Shown: positions 1 through 13,122, counted from the stretch's first letter. The stretch is DNA of 64,000 nucleotides from Phoronis australis (GCA_002633005.1 NMRA01000227.1:365863-429862); one strand, 5' to 3'. The notes: generated by a model from the sequence alone, not told the origin. Made by a program: numbers and translations.

Positions 1-689
1 TCAAAGCATCAGCTTCACGAGCAATAAAATGTAATAGATTGTAGTTTCAGTTTCTCTAGTCCCAAGTCATCCGGAGTTGTCCCATTCAGTTGACAACTCC
101 AGCCGGTCTCTCACGAGGATTTAACATTATGAGTCATCTAGAATTTGACTATGTAAGGACCAATTTGAGACCAATGGCATACTGGCAGTAAATTATTATA
201 AATCAAACGTTGATTTTTTTTTGCTGTAATACAACTGCCCTGCTCATGGCAGGGCATTGTGCTTTTTAAAACTTCAATTGTTTACCTCCCATCACTGCCC
301 ATCAAAATGTCGCTCTTTTTTGACATACTCAAAATTGGTGTGTTGTTGTAGGGCCTTTCCACGTGATTAATCCCCGCCATCCTATGGATGGAAGATCATC
401 ATGGCCGTTTGATCACCCCAGGTTAACATTATTTCTCAGCTATCGACAGACAAAAAATGACGTTCCTCCTCTGAAAGTTATGATGTATTCTCACTCAAAT
501 ATAACAATGTTTCCCAAAATGCAATTTTTATCACTAATGCCAAGGCCTAAGTCAGCACATTTTGTGGTGGATCGAACACTGTAGGATGGTACGCCGGACG
601 AGTTTCAGTAACGTTAGGACTACGCAAGGACCAAGCTGAAATATAGCCAAAGTCATGTGATCTCTTTGAAATACACGACAATACCTCAC

Positions 690-770
690 GTAATCTCGCG
701 ATGATTTGGACTTTAGCGAGGTCCTGGCGTTACTGAACTCTGTTCCCCGGCCCGTGGGCAACTTCCGTCC
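690..770 (+). promoter_or_regulatory. Probable TALDO1 proximal promoter
   Basis: Locally CpG-rich; TCTCGCGA (partial BANP/ZBTB33-type motif) at 694 and ACTTCCG (ETS-like) at 761, just upstream of the ATG. Confidence 0.35.
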
Positions 771-803
771 ACCTGAACTGTTGACCTAAATAAAAGAACC
801 GAC

Positions 804-900
804 ATGGGGGAACCAGCTATAAAGCAGTCCAAAATGAGCTCTTTGCTCGATCAGCTTAAAGACTTCACCACTGTCGTCGCTGACACTGGCGATTTCGAAG
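804..900 (+). CDS. TALDO1: Transaldolase exon 1
   Basis: MGEPAIKQSKMSSLLDQLKDFTTVVADTGDFE; donor G|GTAAAT; second in-frame ATG at 834. Confidence 0.93.
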
Positions 901-1019
901 GTAAATATTCATACCATTTTCGTATGTTGGGACCAGTCAAGAAACATTGCTGTTGAGTGATCTTTTGTATAAACTACACTAACAGCTGGAACCACTCGTG
1001 CATGTCCGGATGACTTAGA

Positions 1020-3600
1020 GTAGTAATAAATCCTTATTTAAAAGTCGGTGAGATTTAACAATGAAACGTTAGTACAAGTGTAACCTTGGTTCAAAGCTGT
1101 ATATAAATATACAGCTAGCAGTCTTCATACAGCTAGCTGGCTGGCTAGTACAAGTGCTTAATTATCCGACAAATTTAATTTCTACAAAATGAAAATACAC
1201 CAAAGTACGCATACATGTTAGTTGTTACGTGTAGACATCGTAGCAGTTTTCACAAGAGCAGATCTCAGAGAAAAAATCATGAGCAACAGTGGCAAATTCA
1301 TTTAAGGCAGTACATTGTCTCATTACTGATGGCAATGAGTTCCATAGCAAAGTACCTTTATGGGAGATTGAGTTCAACCGTAAGTCATGGTATTAAAGCG
1401 TTTCACATAGAGACAGTTTTCACCTCTGAGACCGTATCCAGACTCTCTAAATTCAAGCTTTCCTGACAAAGGACAGGGTCCAATAACATAAACATTTTTG
1501 AATACTTCAATAGATAAACTTTTCATCCGCCAACTACTTAGAGAGCAGCTCCTAGCCTTATCTAAGAGTTGTGAATAGCTCGACTCGCTGTCATTGAACA
1601 CAAATTTTAAAGCACGGTGTTGTATCTTTTCCATTTTTCCTACTTTTCTGTAATCCACACCAAACGAGAATAAAAATGCGTGATATAACTTAAGCTTACT
1701 GTTAGTGCCTAAAACATTACGAAGACGGAACAAGGCATTGTCGGGTTTTTGCAAATATCAACGTACTAATGAAATTTAAACTGGCTGTCAAGTTTGACAC
1801 CTAGCAGCTTAACGGACTCTTCACACTCAATCATAGTATCACCGGACATGAGATACCTGAAGTATTTTCTGGCCGGTTGGAGGCACAGGCACAGAGGTCG
1901 CAGACGGTCACTTGCACTGATCTAATTATAGGTCGTCTGGGAATGTGGGAGTGACAAATTTCAGGCACAGTCTTCGAGGGACAATGGCGATTAGGTGTCA
2001 GTCCGCGTGACAATGAATTCCGTGTTTCTCCTATCCTCGGACAGGAAGAAAACGTTGGTAGTATAATGATCTCTGAATGCCGATCATCCGTTCAGAACAG
2101 TCGTTTCTTGCACTTACGAATTTTCGTCTGCTGGTCGACGGACAGGTACTATAGGGTTTGCAGACAAGGGCGCGTCGCGGCTTCACGTTGTCCGGCTCCC
2201 GGTAGATGCACGAAAATTAGTTTCTGCATTTCACCAAAGTCCATTTAGTTGCACAACATCGGTCCTGGCAATCACAGGAATGATTGTGTTTTCACCGTTG
2301 CCACCATGAAGTATTATCTGGCCGGTTAGAGGCGATAATGAAGACACCAGGTTTAGAACAGTAGGGTTATATTTGAAGACTAAGTACCGAGAGAACTACT
2401 TCATTCACAGCAATATATGACTACGCTACATAGTAATACGATACTACAACAATACCTATCATTGTTATGTACACGATTCGTAGAAAAGATGATTGACTTA
2501 AGTTTACCAAGGTTTAAACCCATTCCATTAGAGGAGAACCAATCCATTGCTATCTGCCTAGCTACCTTGAGGCTGAGGCAAATTGCAGATAGAGAGAAGC
2601 CTGCTTGCAAGAGGGTACTGTCATCAGTGCTTATTGCGTAAAATATATCATTTATAAAAATGTTGAATAACATGGGGCCTAAGACAGACCCTTGAGGAAC
2701 GCCCTTGGGAACATTTAACCAGTCACTGACAGTGGAGCCAATTTTCACTCTCATCCTTCTATTACTGAGATAGGACATTATGAGTTTACAGGTATTCAAT
2801 GTGCAACCATAGGCTTTTAGTTTGGCAACAAGGAGCTCATGGAGGAGGCAATCAAAAGCCTTAGACAGATCAATTAATATGCACCCAGCAAATAAATTAT
2901 TATCCAGAGCTAACCATTCATCTTCAGTTAGGTGCAACAAGACATCCTGACAAGAAAAACCTTTACGGAAAGCACATAAATTTTCATTTAAAATTTCATC
3001 AAAATGCAGTTTCAATTGGTCTAGAATAAGTCATTCAAAAACTTGGTTCACAGCATTTAGCACACCAACTGGTCTATAGCAGGATTTATCCATTTGGTCC
3101 CCTTTCTTAAATACTGGGCTAACCTGACTTTTTTTTCAACATAGAGGGATGGGATACTCATTGGAGGCTATACACTTGTTGAATATGGGTGTTAGGGACT
3201 TACATATTGCATGAGGGCCATACTTGAGGAATATTGGATTTAATGAGTCATAACCCATCGATTTATTGCATGTAATGACCTTAAGCTTACACAGGACGTC
3301 GTTTTCAGTGACAATTGAGAAGCTAAGGACCCGTTGAATCGATCCTTCTGCACTTTTGGAGAGAATCGAGATGACACTCGGATGAGAAGTATAAGCATTG
3401 TAAGAATTTACATTTGGAAACTGGGAACTGATTGATTCCACCGTTTCAAAAAAGTAAAGTAACTGTTAAAGATTTCAGCTACCTTATCAGCATCCCTGAC
3501 AACTTGACCATTTTCATACAACGATATCCCATTTCTGTCTGTTCCTTCACATACAAAAGGCTTAACACTGTCCCAGAAGAGCTTTGTCAAAAACCAGACT
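1020..3600 (-). mobile_element. Degenerate, 5'-truncated non-LTR retrotransposon (CR1/L2-group LINE) in TALDO1 intron 1
   Basis: Frameshifted RT pieces (ORFs 3408-3590, 3136-3441, 2401-3015, 1374-1754): FRKGFSC, IDLSKAFD, GVPQGSVLGPMLFNIFIND; YADD degraded to STDD; VKLLGVKLD; EKIQHRALKFV; 3' tail ccgacttttaaataagg-(atta)n near 1020. Confidence 0.88.
1832..2447. mobile_element. About 0.6 kb insertion interrupting the LINE RT
   Basis: The LINE reading frame stops near 2447 and resumes near 1830. The insert has short inverted ends TAGTATC/GATACTA and a duplicated internal motif TGAAGTATTwTCTGGCCGGTTrGAGGC (about 1858 and 2307). Confidence 0.5.
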
Positions 3601-3810
3601 GGAGTGGAGCCGTGTCCGGACTTAATAGCTCGAAATGTTGCATCTGTTCCTAGCGTCAGTTGTAATGCACAGGCGCTTGAGTTTATCTGTTCCTCGTGTG
3701 TTTATCATGTCTGGGCTGTACGATGAGTGAATGTGAAAACGTACTAGTACTAGTAGACATAGGCAATCAGGAAGTCAAGACCTGGGTGGGGATAGCCACC
3801 AGAAACTTAA

Positions 3811-5055
3811 AAGAGAATGCCACCAAAAAACAATTACCGGTAAGATCAAGCAGTTCCACTCGATAACAGCAATTTCAGTTCTTTTACCTGACACCAGATG
3901 GCAGACAGAAGTGCTGAAATTAACCAATGATGTCACAGGTTCCAACACAGTCTGCATGGCAGTTCACAAAACACTTACTGGTGTCAGATTATTGCTTGAA
4001 TTCATTGTTTAACACCAATAAATCATCAAAAACCCTTATAAATGTACATTGAGTTTTTAAACAAATGAGTTGTTTTATTTCGCTGTTACGGATTTATAGA
4101 AATATTTAGCATATAGGGTAGCCTACAAAGTTCGATCGGTAGGCCAATTTAACGAGGTCGGTCGCGGGAAGCTTGAAGTCTGTTCGGTGATAAGTTAGAA
4201 TTATTCTTCTGTGAAATACAAGCAGGAGAACATAGCTGTGTGTTGTAATTTTAGACTTGCGAATTGTTTCTGCTCTAAACACAAAATACTCGTTATAACT
4301 CGAAGCCCGTTTCAGCCAGACTGGAGACATTACGAACATAAACCAGCCGGGTTAGTCGGATGTGAAAGTTGAAAACTAAACTTCCAGTCACGAAAAGACT
4401 AGACTAGTGAACCAAAGAGATAATGTGCACATGAATATTTTAGTGAATTCGTCGCGAAATTGCAAATTTACTTACTTTTCGGGGGCCCCAGCAGAACTGT
4501 ACAGGGAAAAGGTGTACAATAACAATGATTTGATTGAATAATGTATATAGATCTTAGTATTAAAGATATAAAATCAAGTTATAGCTTTCTGTCAGCCAAA
4601 CACTGAATTAGCATGCGCTCACAGTGCGGTTAATTACTTTTATAGCATCTGTAGCAGGTAACGCAGTATTATTTATTCATTGTTGATTTCTCAAAACATT
4701 TGCACTCACAAACACTCCTAAGGCATTACAAATTGTATCTCCTGAGACAGACTTTGACATATTGATTCAGTTTCATATAAACTTTGGTTTGGGTGAAAAT
4801 AATTTATTGTGAAACAAAACACTGCCGACCACAGACACAGAGATATTTCACGGAATCATACTTTGTATTAACGAAGTTTCATGATTTGCACAAGCGGCAC
4901 ACACTCAGCTGAAGAACTACTGACGCTGCTGTGTTGTTTATTCACCTTCCTCACAGGTTAACGTGAAACCTTTCACCGAGGTGAGATCAATTGTATACGA
5001 GGTGATGTGGATGTAGACCGTTAAAAAAACTAATTAAATTGTGTGGCATTCTCCT
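3811..5055. mobile_element. Non-autonomous TTAA-target DNA transposon (Kolobok-like)
   Basis: TTAA|AAGAGAATGCCAC ... GTGGCATTCTCCT|TTAA: 13-bp TIR with 1 mismatch and TTAA TSD. Confidence 0.65.
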
Positions 5056-5992
5056 TTAAGGTAATTACATCGCCCTGAATGCCACAGGCCTCCAGCCAAA
5101 GAGGGGCTACATGTTGCCAACCAGAAACTTGGGTATCAACTACAAAATCATGACCCTATTGTCTAATTAATAACATGAGCTTTCCCCAAACTGGTCAGTG
5201 ATATATTACAATAATTTTCGAAGTTTAAAAATTATGTCCATGTGATTATGGCAGAATATGCTCAACAAGAACTTTATCATGTATGATATCTATGGCCAAT
5301 ATCCATAGATCGAGATCTTGACAATTTTGTTGTTAAAAATGGCTCCTTCTCTGTTATCATTCATTTTCACAAAACTTCATCATTTGGGTAAAAAGCGCCA
5401 TTGGAAAGCTTTCCACAAGCTCTTGGTATGTGCCATATTAATGCCAGACAGTGCCACCGTTTTGACTGGCCATCAAGATAGTAAAGTTCCTGTATGCGCT
5501 TCATATGCTGGAAGCTTTTTGGTAAATTATGCCTCACACTGATTACAAGTCACGTTGTTATAAGAACCTTGATTTCTTTAATTCCTTCCAACTCGAACAA
5601 ATACTCCTGTAATCAAATATGTTTTCGAACAGTTCTTCATTCAGTTACCCAAATTGTCAACTGGCGATTTTTAACTCTGCGGGTGCTCCTATTTTTACCA
5701 CACACCAGGAGTGCTCACAGTGTTAAAAACTATTAAAAACAAATGAATGTTAAGCAAAACTTATTTTTTTAAGTAGCAGCTGCACATTTTTGTGAAGAAG
5801 TTGCATGGGTATGAGGTTACACTTGGAGGTCAAATAAATGACCGAAGGTCTGATTTTATATCCACGTTTGAAAACTTGAGTCGGAAGATTGCACAAGTAG
5901 ACACGAGATAAACAATTAGCTTTCGATAACACCTCTTGCCTAAAAACGGAAAGTGTAGCAAAACTTGAGTGTTTCTTCTCTAAATATTTCAG

Positions 5993-6116
5993 CCATGAAG
6001 AAGTACCTACCGACAGATGCTACAACCAATCCTTCTCTTATCTTGGCTGCATCCCAGATGCCACAGTACAAGAAGATGATAGATGAAGCCATCAAATATG
6101 CTCGTGGAAAAGTATG
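5993..6116 (+). CDS. TALDO1: Transaldolase exon 2
   Basis: tttcAG|..[40 protein letters not shown]..|GTTAGT. Confidence 0.93.
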
Positions 6117-6814
6117 GTTAGTATAGAAAGTTTCTGTCTTAGATATTCTGTAACAGTTGAAACAATGATCTATGATGGATCATTGGTAAAAAATATGTTA
6201 GTCTGTTGCGTGTTCACTAAAGAAAATTTAAAAATCAATTTGGAATTAGTTTTTGATGTCCTTAACAAGATGAAAGTGTTGAACACTAGGGAACATTGAG
6301 ACGATACATGTGGTTCGTAGAACCCAAATTACTGATTTATTGGAACAGTCAGTAGGAATGTTAAGGGGTTTGAAATGTCAGCCAATATAGCTATCAAGTA
6401 ATAGAACTACTTCTGCAAAAGGAGTGTGTGCTGCGATAACAGCTAAAAATGGATTACTTCCAATTTTCCATGTATTTTGATGTAAAATTTTCTTAAAATA
6501 AGTTGTAACTATTCATTTTTTGTGAGAAATGAAATTTCATTTTCGGCTTCATTATTATTTGGAGATACTCAACCATACTCTAAACACAATCAGTCACGAC
6601 ACACCTTATGATTTGGACATAAATTTGAAGATTTTCTCAAAACGTGCCATATAGTTGGTCAATTATGGAGTCGAGTTTCGAGTCCAGAGATTAGACTGAA
6701 TGCTAAATGCTTTTGAGTGTTCAGGTACTGGTATGTACTTTGTTGTACACAGTCACTATTGTTTTTAGTATTTTGTACACCTACATGCCTTAACATTTGT
6801 ATTTGTTTTTCTAG

Positions 6815-6922
6815 TGAACCTGAGGACCAGCTCAAGATTGCAATGGACAAACTTTTTGTGTTGTTTGGCTTGGAAATTCTCAAGATTGTACCAGGCCGTG
6901 TGTCTACTGAAGTAGATGCCAG
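6815..6922 (+). CDS. TALDO1: Transaldolase exon 3
   Basis: [35 protein letters not shown]; AG/GT bounded. Confidence 0.95.
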
Positions 6923-7049
6923 GTACGTCTCCTAGTTGACTCCATAATATTCAAATTATTCAAAAACATCTTTAAGAAGGTAAGTTGCATCTTTAATGCT
7001 TGGTTTTGACTCTGTTATAAATTCACAGTCGAAGAGGAGTCTGTTTGCA

Positions 7050-7100
7050 CCCTTTGATCTACGCCCTTTGATCTACGCCCTTTGATCTATGCCCTTTGAC
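7050..7100. repeat. 14-bp tandem repeat, about 3.5 copies, just upstream of the exon 4 acceptor
   Basis: CCCTTTGATCTACG. Confidence 0.85.
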
Positions 7101-7121
7101 CCAATGCTTTTCTTGTTGCAG

Positions 7122-7253
7122 GCTGTCCTTTGACAAGGAGCAGTCAGTTGCTCGAGCCAGGCAGCTGATAGACATGTATGAACAGGAAGGTATCAATAAA
7201 GAGAGAATTCTCATCAAGTTGGGCTCTACCTGGGAAGGTATTCAGGCTGCAAG
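7122..7253 (+). CDS. TALDO1: Transaldolase exon 4 (catalytic Lys)
   Basis: [43 protein letters not shown]. Confidence 0.95.
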
Positions 7254-7487
7254 GTATGAACATAATGTCTTCTGTGGTTATTCTCAGATTATCTTCCAGT
7301 TTTATTGTGTAACTGATCTATCCAGTCAGGATGTTCAAATTCACTTTCCAATCGGCATTTTTTAAACTTTACACAATTTGTTAAAAAAACTGCGTAATGT
7401 GGAAGTCACTGCATTTTTAAGGAAAAATTAATCGCTGCATCTGTTGAACACAACTTTGCATCATTCAACTTAAAGTTAAAACCATCT

Positions 7488-7952
7488 ATGCTGATAACGT
7501 GCACCCATGGCTGATAACGTATACCCATGCCTGATAATGTGTACCCATGGCTGATAAGGTTTTTGTAGTCTTGGCTCGCAACGTGTGTGTACCCATGGCT
7601 GATAACTTGCGTGCACCCATGGCTGATAATATGTGTGCACCCATGGCTGATAACGTGTGTGTACCCATGGCTGATAACGTGTGTGTACCCATGGCTGATA
7701 ACTTGCGTGCACCCATGGCTGATAACGTGTGTGCACCCATGGCTGATAACGTGTGTGCACCCATGGCTGATAACAAGTATGCACCTATAATTGATAACTT
7801 GTGCCTACCCATGGCTAATAAAGTGTAGCCATGGCTGATAACGTGCACCATTGCTGATAACGTGCACCCAAGGCGGAAAACATGCACCCATGGCTGATAA
7901 CGTGCAACCCTGGCTGATAATGTGTAGCCATGGGTGATACCGTGCACCCATG
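7488..7952. repeat. 20/24-bp minisatellite
   Basis: CCCATGGCTGATAACGTGTGTGCA units; source of several spurious ORFs. Confidence 0.92.
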
Positions 7953-8150
7953 ACTGGTGAATACAATGACTACCCCATTTAATTAGGTTAATTAGTCATT
8001 GTTGAGTCAATACTTAATCTTGGTGAAGAATTCTGTAGAGTACGTAGCCTGTCAGTGGCCATTTTATAAATTTAATTAAAATTAGTTAATTAGAATTTGT
8101 TTTCTTATTCTTGAGAACTTGAATATAATGTTGAAATATGCACTGTTTAA

Positions 8151-8553
8151 AGTTGGTGGTGGTGTAGTTGGTGGTGGTGTAGTTGGTGGGGGTGTAGTTG
8201 GTGGTGGTGTGGTTGGTGGTGGTGTGGTTGGTNNNNNNNNNNNNNNNNNNNNNNNNNNNNNNNNNNNNNNNNNNNNNNNNNNNNNNNNNNNNNNNNNNNN
8301 NNNNNNNNNNNNNNNNNNNNNNNNNNNNNNNNNNNNNNNNNNNNNNNNNNNNNNNNNNNNNNNNNNNNNNNNNNNNNNNNNNNNNNNNNNNNNNNNNNNN
8401 NNNNNNNNNNNNNNNNNNNNNNNNNNNNNNNNNNNNNNNNNNNNNNNNNNNNNNNNNNNNNNNNNNNNNNNNNNNNNNNNNNNNNNNNNNNNNNNNNNNN
8501 NNNNNGTTTGGTGGTGGTGTGGTTGGTGGTGGTGTGGTTAGTGGTGGTGTAGT
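8151..8553. repeat. 15-bp G-rich repeat spanning an assembly gap (N 8233-8505)
   Basis: GGTGGTGGTGTRGTT on both sides of the gap. Confidence 0.9.
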
Positions 8554-8659
8554 TTCTTGTTAGAACTTGGTAACCTGTGTTGTTGGGCACTATAAGTAAA
8601 TCTGGCTGAAGCGCTGCTTCACGGTCACTGTATTATGTTGTCTGCATCTTTGATTTCAG

Positions 8660-8720
8660 ACAACTGGAAGCTGACTATGGAATACACTGTAACTTGACTC
8701 TACTGTTTTCATTTGCTCAG
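8660..8720 (+). CDS. TALDO1: Transaldolase exon 5
   Basis: QLEADYGIHCNLTLLFSFAQ|GTAATG. Confidence 0.95.
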
Positions 8721-9260
8721 GTAATGTCGGTTAGTCTAGCATCATCTATGTTTCTCATTTTACTGTTTGTTTCCCAAGACTGACACAAACTAATGTTTAT
8801 AGAGGTTTAGCACATTCAAACTGCTGGTAAACACTAACTAAAATGTTATTACTTTAACCTTGCAGTACACACAGTCTCATAGTGACTTGTGAACATAGCT
8901 AAAGAGTGTAAAAGTATAATTTTGTCCAATCTACTGAACAATTCTTATTAGTGTTAAGAAAAGTGTAGTCTCATCACATAACATAAGTTTTGACAAAGCA
9001 TGTGGTCTTTATAAAATGGGACCCAAACTTTGCAGGAGGACTCACTTTCTTAAGAGGTCAACATCTCTTAAAACATGACATGACCTTTATGTATCATGCT
9101 GTGTCAGTGCATTTAGTTGATGCTTGCATCTAATTTAATTGTTCTGTCAAATTTCCCTCTCTGTGTAACGGATGTTCCAGACTGGGAAATGAGTTATATC
9201 TTTGAAATGGAAATTTACTTAATCACACAAACTCTCATCTAAATGGGTTTAGTTTCCTCT

Positions 9261-9327
9261 TTGTAGCTCCTATCATTTTTAGACACCCACATAATAGGTG
9301 GGTGCATAAAAATGATAGGAGCTACAA
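9261..9327. repeat. Near-perfect 67-nt inverted repeat (hairpin)
   Basis: TTGTAGCTCCTATCATTTTTAGACACCCAC-ataatag-GTGGGTGCATAAAAATGATAGGAGCTACAA. Confidence 0.85.
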
Positions 9328-9771
9328 GGAGTCGATGACCATCTGAAGGCTGTTACTACGTTTAATAGCATTGCTCTGTTTAGCGGGAAGATTGAAAATA
9401 ATGATGTCATCTGTATTTGCGCTCTGGTGTATACCAACGGTGCGCGTTGCATTTGAATTTTTTATTTAACTGATGAAGCTTTTTGTGCTAAAACCAGACT
9501 TTTTACCTTAAAAGCGGCAAAAGACTATGAAGGAGCTATAAACCCACGTTCTAACCTAGAAACGTACTTTTGATTTAGGTCACTTTTCTCTACAAAACTG
9601 GCAATTTCTATATACCTTTAAACAGTATTGGGTGCATAAATTGAGACGCAGTGACAAGCCAAGTTAACAAATTTAATAAGCTATTCTTTTGACAAAATTA
9701 TTGACTTTAATAACCCAAAGACAAAAAGATGCTTTAAATCATGTCACTGTATTGCTTTCAATCCTTTTAAG

Positions 9772-9886
9772 GCTGTGGCTGCTGCTGAGGCTGGTGCAAC
9801 TCTCATTTCACCATTTGTGGGCCGTATTTATGACTGGTATGTGAAGAAAACTGGCCAGAAAGACTATGGTATACTGGATGATCCTG
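9772..9886 (+). CDS. TALDO1: Transaldolase exon 6
   Basis: [38 protein letters not shown]. Confidence 0.95.
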
Positions 9887-9906
9887 GTGGGTGTCAGATA
9901 TGTTGG

Positions 9907-12750
9907 ATGCACACATCTTTAGATAAGTTAATTTCATGTTAGTTACATTAGCTGCTCACAACTTTTGATAAGTTAATATCATATTACCGTAATCGTTCGG
10001 GTTAACGCCCTGGGCGCTTAAATTGGCGAATCCAAAAAATTGGGGGGAGGGCGGTTAACCGAGCAGTGGGCGGTTAAATCGAAAATCCACCTAAAGTAGG
10101 GGATGGGCGGTTAACCGAACATGGGCGCTTATTACGACAGACAACCGCCCTGGGCAGTTAATCTTACCTGGCGATCAAAAATCCCGACACGACAATCATA
10201 CTCGGAACGCGTAGCCCTTTTCAAAGAGCTTTATCGGCACGTCGCCAAATGACTGTGAAAACGTCATAACAGTGGATGATCCCAACAAAGGTTCTCTTGC
10301 CCTCAGATTAGTAATTCACTATTAAATTTACAAAATTGCTGAGTAATAGCCCCGTGCCGTCCTGCGGTGCGCAGACGACCAGTCACCACGCAGCCTCCAC
10401 TAGAATTAAAACTGTTTCAAGATGTGACCCTGCTTAAGTGCGCGCGTGCAATCTTCACGTGTTGCAGAGGTCAGACGTCAAATTTATGGTTACAGTCTCG
10501 TACTATATGTAGCTGTCAAGTTCTGAGTCAGAGAGCAGTTTTAACATTGGTTGTAATAAAAGTTTGAAAAACTTAACTCTGCTGTTTTTTGTGTTTAGGA
10601 TGTTATAGTCGACACTCCGTGACTCAATGACATTTTCAGCGTATGGTTCTGCGGCTGTCTTATCTCGACAGCCCGGCATTGCTCTCTTGCCGTTGCGCCA
10701 AACATGCTATGCAAAGAAGTAAGACAAGGATCGGGGGTGGTCGAGCCAGTCGTCGATCACGAATAAAATTTCAAGCAACTGCATAAATATGTTACAAAAT
10801 GTCAGAAAACAGCAATGTTTCAATTCACTATTCTAAACGATCACCTTACCAAAATTCGTGGTGGAAAAACATTTATTTTTCATGCAAGATGTCCAGATTA
10901 TCCTATTTATATCGCTTGTAATATCGCACTACGGCACTGTTCGGTCCCGCTGTTCTCGCGCAATGTCTCAGTCGGCTGACAATCGTGATTTGGAAATGCC
11001 GTCAGGTAATATAATGGCCTCTTTCTATATGCATCTCGTTTTTTATGGCCAAAGATAGTGGCGGTATTCAGCACGCACGTAGGGCCTACATGTGAGTCAC
11101 CTGTCAATCACATGTTGGTGTCAAGGTAACATGCACTCCAAAGTGTGGGAACTTGCGCACGTGCACCACTACAAATCGGTCACACATAGCGACAGTCCGA
11201 CGAAGTAACAAAAACGGGCGTGATTATGTACTTTTAGCTGCTGTTATGAAAGACCCACTTCTTTACGATATTCCTCCGTCGCCAATGTTCCCCAAAACTG
11301 CGATGTCAAGTCTATTCCCATATTTCCCGGCTCGATGCTCCCTAAGCCCATCCCTGTAACTAGCTGCGTGAAATCTCCTACCCACTATCGTCAAGCAGTC
11401 TACGTCGTAGACATTTCAGACTCAAATGGTAAGAATTTTTGTTCAGGCTGAAAATGGTCAATGTATAAACAAAATTATTCTGGATGGCTAAAAAGGAGAT
11501 GTGGAAATGATAATTCACACAGTCACGCTTACGTGGGGGCTGACGCAAGAAATAGTAAAGAACAGCCAGCGACATTAGTTAAATCTGCTAACCAGTTTGA
11601 CTGAGATGCAATAAGCGAAAAACAAAAAAATTGACTAGCCGTTTTTTATTACTTCAAGATCATACACAAACATACATTATTGCCAACGTTTGAATTCAGA
11701 AATCGACAGGCAGCAACGAAATCGGTAACCCAGTAAGGCACTTGTACCGTCCCTTCAGTCGCCCCACATCCTCTATAACCCGGCAGTTATATTCATCAAA
11801 ATATTGAGAATTTGATATCTTTCCGTGAGTTGTGAGATTTGTTCAAGATACGAGAGCTTCCCACTTTAATAGAATTTGGAGGGTTGGCAAAACCATTGTC
11901 ATTTCTCTGGCCTGATTTTTTCGAATATATGTTTTATCTAGTGCACTGCAGACGGAAACTCAGCGCGGCAGACAAAGTCGCTGAAAGCGGAGGTTTTGAC
12001 GCCGGCGGCGTTCTTAAAAGTTTGCAAACAAGGGAAGAAAATAAAGTGACAAAAAGGTTCAAGTATTATATTTTGAAGTGAGTTCATGACCCAAGACAAT
12101 AACTCGTTACCTAAACCACCGTCTCGGAGTCCCGGTGTCGTTGCACTCATTGTGATCATCGATCTTTTTCTAGAAGTCGGGGAATCGCGCGTTTCCTTAA
12201 CACTAGGCGCTAAATCTCCCTTCTTTAAAATGGGCTCTTAACCGAGAGATGGGCGCTTAACTGGAAATCTTCAAAAATCGCAGGGGGGGCGCTTAACCGA
12301 GCAGTGGGCGGTTAAATCGAAAATCCACTTAAAGTCGGGGATGGGCGGTTAACTGAGCATGGGCGTTAACCCGAACGATTACGGTAGTTACATTAGCTGC
12401 ACACAACTTTAGATTAGTTAATATCATATTAGTTACAATAGCTGCACACAACTTTAGATAACTTAATATCATATTAGTTACAGTAGCTGCACACAACTTT
12501 AGATAAGTTAATATTATATTATATTAGTTACAATAGCTGCACACAACTTTAGACAAGTTAATTTCATATTAGTTACATTAGCTGCACACAACTTTAGATA
12601 AGTTGATATCATATTAGTTACATTAGCTGCACACAATTTTAGATAAGTTAATATCATATCAGTAACAATAGCTGCACACAACTTTAGATAAGTTAATATC
12701 ATGTTAGTTACAATAGCTGCAATTTGAAATAAGTTTTAGATAAGTTAGTA
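9907..12750. repeat. 45-bp minisatellite split by a transposon (9907-9986 and 12385-12750)
   Basis: AGTTAATATCATATTAGTTACATTAGCTGCACACAACTTTAGATA; the phase continues across the insertion. Confidence 0.9.
9987..12384. mobile_element. 2.4 kb non-autonomous Tc1/mariner-superfamily (pogo/Tc2-like, CCGTA ends) element
   Basis: TA|CCGTAATCGTTCGGGTTAACGCCC ... GGGCGTTAACCCGAACGATTACGG|TA: perfect 24-bp TIR, TA duplication shown by the host minisatellite; no transposase ORF. Confidence 0.9.
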
Positions 12751-12992
12751 CTATTTTTTTGCTGCGCATCTCCCGAGTATCCCGGGGAATGATCAGGAGA
12801 TTAAAGGTTCACTGAATTAAATAAGACATCATCTCCAGTACTACATAACAAAATATTTTTCACAATTTGCTTTTTAATCTGTTCAAATTATGACTACTTT
12901 ATGTATACAACAATACTAATGACCACCAGTCTCTAAAACTGTTGTCTTCATAATGAGGTGTGTCTTACCTGAGTGTGTTGGTCTTTTGACAG

Positions 12993-13122
12993 GAGTGAAG
13001 AATGTCACTGTCATTTACAACTATTATAAGAAGTTTGGTTACACCACGGAGGTGATGGGTGCCTCGTTTCGCAATATTAAACAAATCCAAGGTCTCGCTG
13101 GCTGTGATTTGCTGACCATATC
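12993..13122 (+). CDS. TALDO1: Transaldolase exon 7
   Basis: [42 protein letters not shown]|GTAAGT. Confidence 0.95.

Noticed and set aside
6112-6113. Alternative TALDO1 exon 2 donor AAA|GTATGG
   Set aside because: Phase 0 is incompatible with the phase-2 acceptor at 6815.
8119-8590. Gly/His-rich ORFs
   Set aside because: Simple repeat plus an N gap.
10367-12159. Transposase inside the pogo-like element
   Set aside because: Only short ORFs, with no recognisable HTH or DDE motif.
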